From contig MU057629.1 in the NCBI GenBank assembly GCA_013265495.1, forward strand, positions 16,867 to 62,271: DNA of 45,405 nucleotides, given 5' to 3'. Source of the DNA: Vicugna vicugna (taxonomy: Eukaryota). Each line of letters begins with the position of its first letter. Position 1 is the first letter of the stretch. Shown in pieces: positions 35,643 to 45,405 of the stretch. Below the pieces are notes generated by a model, which was given only the letters and a program-made list of their open reading frames with translations, searched no databases and was not told the origin of the DNA. The position numbers were made by a program, and so were the translations under genes.

Positions 35643-36157
35643 TGTAAGCAGGTGGGGTTTGTGGAGAAAGAAAACCAGCTATGGCTTTCTTGACAGAAGA
35701 GAAGCCATTTTGTGATCCAAGCATGGCCACAGTGCTTGCCCTTGAACAGGTCTCAGTAGTTAATTAAGAGAATGAAAGAATGTGGAAACAAATGGCTGTT
35801 TCCAGGCAAGAGAAGTAACAACAGCAAAGATGTCAGTTGTAGAGACTCGCAGTGCCCTTTCAGCGTAAAGATTAGCCTGACACCTCAACCGTCAGATCAA
35901 TGGAAACTTGAAGGATGGTGATATTGCCCTTTTCTGACCCTCGTGACTTCAGGCTACGAAAGCTTGGACAGCCCAAGCCCCTTCATGAATGTGTCATTAA
36001 CTTAAAACTTCCCCAGATTTGCAGTTCAGAGAGACACTGCTTTGGGAAAGATCCTGAGTGTTCTCCTTACTTGCAACAAGTGATACATACTTCCTTCTCC
36101 TGATCTTTGGCATGGTTTTGTAGACACCCATCAACAGTGAACCCAGTTTGGGGTACA
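35643..36157 (+). mobile_element. ERV1-type 3' LTR
   Basis: TG(TAAGC)...(GGGTA)CA termini directly after the PPT; about 515 bp; LTR-like R/U5 text 'gctttgggaaagatcctgagtgttctccttacttgc'. Confidence 0.75.
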
Positions 36158-36161
36158 GTTC

Positions 36162-36640
36162 TGTGAACGAGAAATATTGCAAACCATATCGGTAAACAAA
36201 GAATACTGAAACCAGCGAGTCATCAGCGGCTGCTGCCACCCCTTGGTGAAGACAAGCCTGCAGCCCAGCCTCAGTAACCACTCACAATGGTGCACCCTGA
36301 GGGGACTCAGAATGATAAAGGACAGGATACTGGCCCTAGATAGCTAGATGCTTGTCAAAGGAATGAATTCAATGAGCCCAGATGTTTGCTTCCTCCCATG
36401 TATAGAAAAGCACTAACTTCTTTAACTTGAGATGCCCAGTTTTCTTTAGATAACATGTAATCTTTTATTGTTGCAACTACCTGGTCTTTGTTGTAAAGCT
36501 TCTGTATATCCTAGCTCCTCCCCTGCCTCTTCGGAACAGTCCCTCAGAGTGACCTGAGAGGCTGTCATCCCTGCTCAAGTCCTCCCGCCAAATAAAACAT
36601 AACTCTCAACTTTTAGGCTATGTACTTATTTCAGTCAACA
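36162..36640 (+). mobile_element. Solo LTR of a second ERV1-like family with 4-bp TSD GTTC
   Basis: TGTGAAC...GTCAACA termini, AATAAA at 36591-36596, flanked by GTTC at 36158-36161 and 36641-36644. Confidence 0.85.
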
Positions 36641-37130
36641 GTTCCAATAAGTGTGCAGTGTTATCTCATTGCTGTAATAATTTGTAGTTCTCTAATGGGC
36701 TACGATGTTGAGCAAATTTTTGTATACTATCTGTATATCTTCTTTGGCCAGGTGCCTGTTCAGTTGCTTACCTAATTTTAATGGGGTTGTGTCTTTGTTT
36801 ATTTTGGAACAAATCCTTTAATAGATGTGTGTTTGCAAATATTTTTCTCCCAGTGTGTGACTTCTCTTTTGATTTTCTGAATAAGGTCTGTCCTTATTCA
36901 TAAGGAAGCAGAAATTTGGAATTTTATAAAGTCCATGATATTACCTGTTTTTCTTTCTGAATTGCCTTTTTGCATTGTGTGTTAAAACTCAAGGCTCCAT
37001 TATCTACCAGACCAAACCCAAGGTCATGTGGATTTTCTTCTGTGTCTTCTATTATTTTGAGTAATGTGGTGTAAGTTGTAAAATTTGCGTCTACATTCAT
37101 TTCATGCCATTCGGTCTCCAATTAACTGTT
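36641..37130 (-). mobile_element. Old L1 ORF2 fragment, antisense
   Basis: 'gtgttatctcattgctg...gatgttgagca...gtgtttgcaaatatttttctcccagtgtgtgactt'. Confidence 0.8.
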
Positions 37131-37211
37131 CCCTAGCAATTTTGGAGAAGTTGTGGGGCATTTGGCTCCATTGCAGTTTGAATTTCCATGGTTTAATGGA
37201 GTCGGCAGGTC

Positions 37212-37229
37212 TGCCAGCAGGGGGCGCTG
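37212..37229 (+). promoter_or_regulatory. CTCF consensus site
   Basis: TGCCAGCAGGGGGCGCTG matches the core CCASYAGRKGGCRS at every position. Confidence 0.75.
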
Positions 37230-37303
37230 CCCCCCTGGCCTGTGAGCTCCGCCTGCGTGTCCCGTACCGACCGCAGGGGGGGCTGACCGCGTCTCTGATC
37301 CAT

Positions 37304-37314
37304 ACGCATGCGCA
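37304..37314. promoter_or_regulatory. NRF1-like site
   Basis: ACGCATGCGCA versus the NRF1 consensus GCGCATGCGCA, one mismatch. Confidence 0.55.
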
Positions 37315-37929
37315 TCCCCCGGGGGCTTGGCTCTGCGCGCCGCCGAAGGGAGTTTGTCTCCTCATTTGCCGCGCGGGCGGCAGCTTCAGGACCACACGGG
37401 GCAGTGTCCACACTGACTGGAGCTGGGTTCTCCCAAGACCGGCCCGGGGGGCGCCGCCGGGGGAACGTGTGAGGAGACGTGAGGAGACGCTGCCTGCGGG
37501 GTGGCTGCGGGGTCGGGGTGGGGGTCCGCCTTCAGGGGGCCCAGGAGGGTCTTGGTGTGGAAAAGCGGTTTTTTTCAGTCAGTCCAGCTCTCCCAGCGCA
37601 GCGCGGCTTGCGGTGCGGACCGCCCTCCCCCCTGGCGTGTCTGAGCCCCGCTGTCACACCTTGGCCGACCCGGCCGGGGCGGGTTCGTGTCCTGTCCCGC
37701 TGCCCCGCGCCTGTGTCTGTGCCGATTCCACAGTTTCGGCCGCTGTAGCTTCTGCTTAGAGCGAAGCTGGGGAGGGAGGTGCCTCCAGCCTGCTCTCCTG
37801 TCGCAGGGCCGCTTTGGCTGTTCGGGGCCCTTCGTGGTTCCACGCAGACAGCAGGGTGAGTTCTCTGGCTGTGAAAAGTGCCCGTGGGGTTTTGGTGGGG
37901 GTGCATCCCTGTGCGCGGGGCTTTGGGTA

Positions 37930-40243
37930 CAAGGGACAGTTCTGCATCCATGGGCACAGGATACCCTTGCATTTATGAGTCGTCTTCAATTTCTTTGGGA
38001 ATGTCTTAAGGTTTTCAGTGTGCAGGGCTTCCACGTCTGGTTAAATTCATTCATAAGTATTTTGCTCTGTTTGATGCAATTGTAAATAGGACTGTTTTCT
38101 TATTCCTTCTGATGGTTCATTGTCAGTGTTTAGAAATGCAGTTGATTTATGCGTATTGATTTTTTAGCTTTACTGAATTCGCTTATTATTTCTAATCATT
38201 TTTTGGTGGAATGATGTGGAAATTTGGAATTCAAAAATAGCACTGTGTCAACCACATCCAGGTCATGCACAACGTGGAGACAGTGGCTCCTAATGTGACC
38301 TTCCGCTGTGTCTGTAAATTACACGTGGACCCCTACAGGGGCAATGAGGCTCACTCTGTGTGTGAACTGGATCTGGGGGGGCCTGGCCTGTGAGGAAGTG
38401 TGATGTGGGCTCTGCCTTTCTGGTCTTGGCATGGCGTTTTGAAAGGTAATTTACTTTTCGGGAATTGCAAACACACAGAAAACTTGCAGTAGCAGACAAA
38501 GTGCTGTCTGTCTCTACACCCAGATTCCCTGCTGTCTTTGCTCTACCCCGTTTACCACTTCACACAAAATACTCCAGCACGTTTTTTTACCCAAACAAGC
38601 GACCTCTCCCAGGGAGTCCGCACACAGCCTCCAAATGAGAAGATGATTGCAGTTTCCACATTGTAATCCAGTCCACAGGCCCGCTGCAGATTTCACCATC
38701 CGCCCCAGCTCTAGGGAAACGTCTTTTCACATTTTGATCCAGTTTTCTTTTTCTGGAACCACTACTGATACTTCCTATCATTTCACAAACTTGATTTAAT
38801 TTAAAGCACACAGGAGAGCCTGATCTGGGTGGCCTTTTCTGTGTGGCTTCTTTTCCTTAGGCTTTTTCAGTTTTCATCTCTGTTGTACCAGGCATAAGTA
38901 CTTCATTATTTTTTTTCATTGTGACATAGCATTTGCAATTTGAACTGTTTTAAGTACACGTTAAGTTGTATGACCTTAACTACAATCACAGTGTTGTGCA
39001 AATAGCCTCTCCATCTCCAATCTCTAGAACTTCTCAGTTTTCACCAGTGACTAATTCCCTCAGCCCTTAGCAACCACATTCTGCGCTCCGTCTTTGAATG
39101 TGACTTCTCTGGATACCTCACAGAAGTGGAAACATACCATCTTTGTCCTTTTGTGGCAGAGTTATTTCACTTATCATAATGGCCTCAAGGTTCATATATG
39201 CTGCAGCAGGTGTCAGAATTTCCTTAGTTTTTAAGGTGGAATTCCACTCCTTTGTGTTTACACATTTGGTTTATCCCTCTGTCCACTGGGGGGCACTTGG
39301 GTCGCTCCCACCTTCTGCTGCTGTGACTGTGCTGCTGTGAATGGGGGTGTTCCCATGTCTGTTCCAGGCCCTGCTTTCAGTCTTCTGGGTGCACACCCCG
39401 ATGTGGAATTGGTGGCTCGCATGTTAATGCTGTGTTGAAGTTTTTGAGGGGCTACCATCCTGGTTCCCACAGAGGCTGCATTATTTCTCTTCATTTATGG
39501 CAGAATCGTATGGTGGTTTATGAATCAACCCCACTTTGTTTATCCATTTACCCACTGGTGGACGCTGCATTGTTTCTACCTTCTGGCTGTTGTGAACAGT
39601 GCTGCTGTCAATAGATGTGAACACCTGCTTCAGTTCTTTGGGGTTTACATCTAGGAGTGTAGTTCTTGAGACATACGGTAACTTTCTATTCATACGGTTA
39701 ACACAGATTGCACCCTTTTCCGTTTTCACAAGTAATGCTTAAAGGTTCCAGTTTCTCTGCATTGTTGCCAACATTTGTTACCTTTAATTTTCTTGACTAT
39801 AACCATTTGAGAGTGTGTGAAGGAGTTATTGCATTGTGGTTTTAATTTGCATTTCCATCCTATCTTTTCAGCTGCTCATGGACCATTTGTCTTGTGTGGA
39901 GAAGGGTCTGTTTAAGTCCTTTGTCCGTATTTAAAATTGGGGTGTTTGTCTTTGGGTGTGTCTTTGTTGAGGAGGTGTAACATTTCTTGATACACACTGG
40001 ATAAAGACTCATCAGATATATAACATGGAAATATTTTCTTACAGTGTGTGGGCTGCCTTTTCACTTTCTGGATTGTGTATTTTGATGCAGAAAAGTTTTT
40101 AATTTTGAGGAAATCCAAACTTTTTCCCCCTTTCATTACTTGTGCTTTGATCTGAGAAATCATTTCTTGTGTCAGATCTAGGAAATCATTGTTAAATCCA
40201 AGGTTATAAAGATTCATCTGCATGTTTTACTGGAGAGTTTACA
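37930..40243 (-). mobile_element. Mosaic of old antisense L1 fragments (with a short unassigned segment at about 38210-38430)
   Basis: Minus-strand ORF remnants read L1 ORF2-like (39912-40223 LDFLKIKNFSASKYTIQKVKRQP); several L1MB/MC-type 3' ends. Confidence 0.75.
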
Positions 40244-40587
40244 CAGTCATCCCAAGGTATCTGTGAGAGATTGGTTTCAGGACACCCCACAGACTACAAA
40301 ATCCATGGACGCTCAAATCTCTCATAAAGTGGTATAGTATTTGCATATAACCCAGGCACACGTTCTTGTAGACTTTTATTACCTCTAGATTACTTATAAT
40401 AGCTAATACAATGTAAATCCTGTATAAATGTCTTAAGTACAATGTAAATGCTATGTAAATAGTGGCAGGTACCTGGCAAATTCAAGGTTTTCCTTTGGAA
40501 ACTTTTTGGAATTATTTTTCTAATATTTTTGATTTGGAGTTGGGTGAATCCATGGATGTGGAACCTGCGGATGCAAGAGGCTGACTG
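40244..40587 (+). mobile_element. MER2 (TcMar-Tigger MITE), about full length, nested in L1
   Basis: Inverted termini 'cagtcatccc..ggtatctgtg' and 'tgcggatgcaagaggctgactg'; 344 bp; internal 'gtatttgcatataacc'. Confidence 0.85.
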
Positions 40588-41149
40588 AAATTTTACCTTT
40601 CATTAACATTTAAGCCTTTTATGTATTTTGAGATTCTTCTTGTTTGTGGTATGAGGTAAGGGTCCAATTTCACTCCTCAGCATGTGGATAGCCAATAGCC
40701 TAGCACCCTTTGTTGAAAACACCATTTCCCCGAGTCTAATGCAGTTGACTGTTGTCTGAAATCAGTGCACCATCGATGGATGGGTTCATCTCTGGGATCA
40801 CATTCAGTGCCATTCATCTGTGTGTGTATACATATGGATGCCTGTGTCACAGTGTTTTATTTACTCTTGTTGTGTACTCTTGCAGTTGGGGAGTGTGCAC
40901 CTCCAACCTTGATTTTCTATTTTCAGATAGTTTTAGCTCTTTGGGGTCTCCTGAAATTCTGTATTGTGGGGTGTCCTATTCTGCTCCCCTTCATATGGAT
41001 GCACCCAGTTTGCTTACACGTTCACCTGCTGAAGACATCCTGATTCCTTCAAGGTTTAGGCATTATGAGTGGGGCTTCCACGCACAAGAGCGTGCTTGTT
41101 TCTGTTTGGATATAGTTTTTCAAAGCAGTTGTGTAAAAATTGGAGGCAT

Positions 41150-41911
41150 TTTTTTGTATATATCTATTCTTATTGAAGTATAGTCAGTTTACAATGTCAT
41201 GTCAATTTCTGGTGTACAGCTAATGCTTCAGTCATACATGAACATATATATATATATTCATTTTCATATTCTTTTTCACCGTAAGTTACTACAAAATATT
41301 GAATATAGTTCCCTGTGCTCTACAGTGTAAACTTGCTGTTTATGTTATATATAGTAGTTGAGTATCTGCAAATCTCGAACTCCTAGTTTATCCCTTCCCA
41401 CCCCCTTTCCCCCATGGTAACCATAAGTTTGTTTTCTATGTCTGTGAGTCTGTTTATGTTGTATAAATAAGTTCATTTATCTTTTTTTTCAGATTCCACA
41501 TATAAGTGATGATATATGGTATTTTTCCTTCTCTTTCTGGCTTTCTTCACTTAGAATGACAATCTCCAGGTCCATCCATGTTGCTGCAAATGGCATTATT
41601 TTATTTTTTATGGCTGAGCAGTATTCAATTGTATAAATATACCACACTCCAGGTCCATCCATGTTGCTGTAAATGGCATTATTTTATTTTTTATGGCTGA
41701 GCAGTATTCAATTGTATAAATATACCACAACTTCTTTATCCAGCCATCTGTCGATGGACACTTCGGTTGCTTCCATGTCTTGGCTATTGTAAATAGTGCT
41801 GCTATGAACATTGGGGTGCATGTATCTTTTTGAATTAAGGGCCCCTCTGGATATATGCCCAGGAGTGAGATTGCTGGATCAGATGGTAAGTCTGTTTTCA
41901 GTCTTTTGAGG
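41150..41911 (-). mobile_element. Young 5'-truncated L1 (cetartiodactyl/camelid-type 3'UTR) with 12-bp TSD
   Basis: ORF 41608-42015(-) contains a well-preserved ORF2 C-terminus DPAISLLGIYP...DTCTPMFIAALFTIAKTWKQPKCPSTDGWIKKLWYIYT. TSD AATTGGAGGCAT at 41138-41149 and 41912-41923; T-tract from 41150. Confidence 0.9.
41564..41729. repeat. 83-bp tandem duplication inside the young L1
   Basis: Copies at 41564-41646 and 41647-41729 differ at one base (gctgca vs gctgta). Confidence 0.95.
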
Positions 41912-42082
41912 AATTGGAGGCATGATTGATGCATCTCAAGATGTGAGACTTGTTTAGCCTTGGAAAATTCTGCCCAGCTATATTCCAGGAGGCTGTATGT
42001 GTGTTCCATCAGCAATGAAGGAGAGTTGCTGTGTTCCCTGTTCTCTAGTAATGAGCATTGTCGCCTTGTGGGGAGGTTAGCA

Positions 42083-45000
42083 GTTCTAATAGGTGTGTAG
42101 TGCTGTCCGCTTGCTTTAATTTGTAGTTCCCTAATAGTATATGATGTTGATCATATTTTTGTCCACTTACTTATTTTCTGTATGTCTTATTTGCCAGGTG
42201 TCTATCCAGATCTTTACCCATTTTAAATAGGGTTGCTGGTTTTATAGTTCTTTGTGTAATTTGAGTACATATTCTTTAGCAGATATGTGTTTTGCCAGTA
42301 TTTTTCTCCCAGTTTGTTGCTTGTCTTTTGGTTTTCTGAATAATGTATTTTACCAAGTAGAAAATTTTAATTGGATGAAGTACACATTATTAGTTTTTTT
42401 CCTTTTGTGTGTTGGCTTTTTGTGTTGTTGAAAGTCAAAGATCATCATCTACATGACCAAACCCATGGTCATGTAGATTTTCCTTTATATTTTCTTCTAT
42501 AATTTTTACAGTTTTGCATTTAAAATTTGTCTATGGACAACTTTGAGTGACTTTTGGTGACTTCTGTAAAGCTGTGTTTACCTTCATTGCATATGGTTTC
42601 TAATTGTTCTATAACCATTTTTTGAGAAGTCATGGGATATTGGCCTCCATCCATTTGAATTTCCAAAGCTGAGTGCATTCAGCAGGACTGCCAGCAGGAT
42701 TCAGCAGCCTCCGCTGGACTGAGTGGGTGCAGCTGCATTCCCCTGTTTGCCAGCAGAGGGTGACTATCCACCTCTCTGACCAGGGCAGTGCCTGCCTGTT
42801 CTGCCCACAGCCTTGGCTCCCTGCTCAGCCAACAGGAGCCTGGTCTCCTCCGGACCTGCCAGGGATTTGGCTCCGGGAAAACGTGGGGCTTGTATCCACA
42901 CTGAGAGGAGCTCCGTGTCTTCAGAACCAGCTGGGAGATGCTGCCAGAGGAGGAAGAGGTGAGGAAAAGTGAGGAGAAGCTTCCCATGCGTGTCTGGATG
43001 CTGGAGTGTCCGTCTTCAGAGGGCCCAACACAGGAAGGGCTTGAAGTGGGAAATTGTTGGTTGTAGTTTTGTGGAGGCGGGGCAGATGGTGTTCAGCGTC
43101 CTTCCTTGGCTTGTGATGTCCAGTTGTCCGGACATCATTGATTGAGGGGACTGTCCTTTCCCTGAGGTGTGCCATCAGTTGTCATCAGTTAACTGACCAC
43201 ATATTTTTGGATGTGCTCCCGGGCTCTCTCTTCTATTCCTCTAGCCTCTTACTGTGCCATTTCTACACTGGTTACGGTAGCTTCATAATGTGGTTTGAAG
43301 TCAGTGAGTTTCCTGCAGCCGCTGTTCTCCTTTGCCTGGATCCTTTGGCTGTTTGGGGTCCTTTGTGGTTCCTTACAAATGTTAGGATGGTTTGTTCTGT
43401 CTCTGTGGAAAAGGCCGTTGGTATTTTGGTAGCAATTGCATTCAGTGTGTCTATTGTTTTGGGTGGAATGGACATTTCAGCTCTAGTAATTCTTTACATT
43501 CATGGGGACAGGATACCTTTCCATTTTTTTGGTCTTCAATGTCTTCATCAATGTCTTACCATCTTCAGTGTGCAGAAGATTTACCGTCTTTCACATCTTT
43601 GGTTAAATTTATTCCTAGATATTTTGTTCTTTTGTTGTTATTGAAAATGGGATTGTTTTCTGAATTTCTTTCTCTGATGGTTCATTATTATTGTCTAGGA
43701 ACACAAGTGATTTTTGTGTATTGATTTTGCATCCTGCAGCTTTACTGAATTCATTTATTAGTTCCAACAGTTTGTGTGTGTGTGTGTGTGCGCGCGCGCA
43801 CGTGTGTGTGATTTGATGTGGAAACTGGAATTAGAAATGGCCCTGTTTCAACTACATCCAGGTCATCCACAGCACCCAAGACACAGTGGCTGCTGATACC
43901 ATTTTCCCAAAGTGCCCTTCAAAAATGTGTGGACCCTGCAAGGGTGAGGAGCATCACCACTGGGTGAGCATGGGCTGGATAGGACTTGGCCTCTATGACC
44001 AAGTTTGATGTCTTTTCTACTTTTCTGTCCTATTATTGACATGGTTGCTTAGAAAAGCATTTTTTCCCCAAGAATTTCAAATGTATGGAAGAATTTCAGT
44101 AGCAGTACACAGTACTCACATTTGCCACCTCACACAAAATACTCCAGTGTGTTTTACCCCAAAGAGGGACAGTCTACCAGGGAACCAGCACATAGCCCCC
44201 AAATGAGGATAAATTTAATTTCTTATAAAAATCCAACCCAACTTTCACCAGCTAACCCAAGTCTAGGGTTATATTTTTTTTCCCATTCTGATCCAGGTTT
44301 TTTTCTGGAAACCTGACTGCAGCTTTCCTTCATTTTCACAATCCTGAGGGATTTAAAGCACAAGAGGGGTATGTGATCTGGGTGGCCTTTCCTGCATGGC
44401 TCCTCTCACTTGGGATGTTGTCAGTGTTCATCTGTGTTATAACAGGTATCAGGACTTCATTTTTTTTCATGGTGATTAAAAACACAGAACACCTCTTAAA
44501 CTGTTTTCTGTGTACATTCTGTGGCATTAACTACATCCACACTGTTATAAAGACACCCTCACCATCCAGCTCCTGAACTGTTTCATCTTCCCAAAGTGAA
44601 ACTGTATCCATGAAACCCTGACTCTTCTCAGCTCCTCACAACCCCATTCCTTCTGTCTCTGAACTTGACTCATCTGGATCTGTATGTAAGTGGATTATGG
44701 AACTTGTCCTTCTGTGACTGACTGACTCCACTTAGCATAGTGACTGCAAGGTTCATCCAGTGTAGCATGTGTCAGAATCCCCTGAGTTTTCAAGGCTGAA
44801 TGACATTCCCTTGTGTACATACCACATTCTGTTTATTTATCCCTCAAAAGGCACTTGGGCTGCTTCCACATCTGTGACTGTTAATGGGGCCGCAGTGACT
44901 ATGAGTGTACAAATATCTGTTCCAGTCCCCACTTTCCAATATTTTGAGTAAATACCCTGAAGTGGAGTTGAAGGCTCATGTGTTAACTCTACATTTCATG

Positions 45001-45405
45001 TTTTGAGGAGCTTCCATGTTGTTCTCCACACTGGCTGCACTATTTTACTTCATTATTTATATGGCAGAATAACATGGCAGTTCATGGATCTACTGCATTG
45101 TGTTTATTCATCTGTTGATGGGCATTTTAATTGTTTCTATCTTTGGCTATTGCGAACAGTGCTGCTATGAGTACTCATGTACGAGATTTTGTTAGAACAC
45201 CTGCTGTCAATTACTGAGTGTCTGTCACTAGGAGTGGAGTTGTTGAGCCATGTCATACTGTACATTTATCTTTTTGAGGCAATGTCAAAGTATTGTACCC
45301 ACAGGCTGCACCATCTTATGTTTCCACAAACAATGTTTAAAAGTTCCATTTGCTCTATACTGTTGGCAGTATTTGTTATTTTTAGTTCTTCTTGACTATA
45401 ACAGT
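42083..45405. repeat. Second, diverged copy of the unit at 36641-39805 (L1 mosaic plus promoter-like core)
   Basis: Same order of blocks and shared junction sequences at an offset of about 5.4-5.6 kb (see findings). Confidence 0.85.
43773..43810. repeat. (TG)n(CG)n alternating purine-pyrimidine tract
   Basis: tgtgtgtgtgtgtgtgtgcgcgcgcgcacgtgtgtgtg. Confidence 0.9.

Larger units (their letters stand above)
37200..37760. promoter_or_regulatory. CpG island / promoter-like element
   Basis: About 560 bp, very GC- and CpG-rich, within AT-rich L1 DNA. Contains CTCF and NRF1 motifs. Confidence 0.75.

Noticed and set aside
37085..37759. 224-aa ORF across the CpG island
   Set aside because: Starts in L1 with a non-ATG codon; composition is typical of stop-poor GC-rich DNA.

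Overview
Mammalian (eutherian) genomic DNA, probably a camelid or other cetartiodactyl, judged from the style of a young L1 3' end and the absence of recognisable Alu/B1/Bov-tA/PRE1 SINEs (inference). About 1.3-31 kb is GC-rich, peppered with MIR and L2 relics, and carries a disabled copy of the inward-rectifier K+ channel gene KCNJ12 (Kir2.2). Its coding region (17651-18930) has two nonsense codons, a 1-bp frameshift and many missense changes. It keeps an intron acceptor, a probable upstream non-coding exon and a long 3'UTR with a polyA signal, so it is a non-processed (genomic) pseudogene rather than a retrocopy. From about 31.1 kb the DNA is AT-richer and repeat-dense. It holds an unidentified exon-like cluster, a truncated class I ERV (env TM remnant, PPT, 3' LTR), a solo LTR inserted directly beside it, MER2, and a young L1 with TSDs. 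It also holds two diverged tandem copies (offset about 5.5 kb) of an L1-mosaic unit that contains a promoter-like core; one copy is a CpG island with consensus CTCF and NRF1 sites. I found no intact protein-coding gene. Most ORFs in the supplied track are chance ORFs of GC-rich DNA. Comparisons to human Kir2.2 and to repeat consensi are from memory, not from alignments, and repeat boundaries are approximate unless TSDs or termini are quoted.
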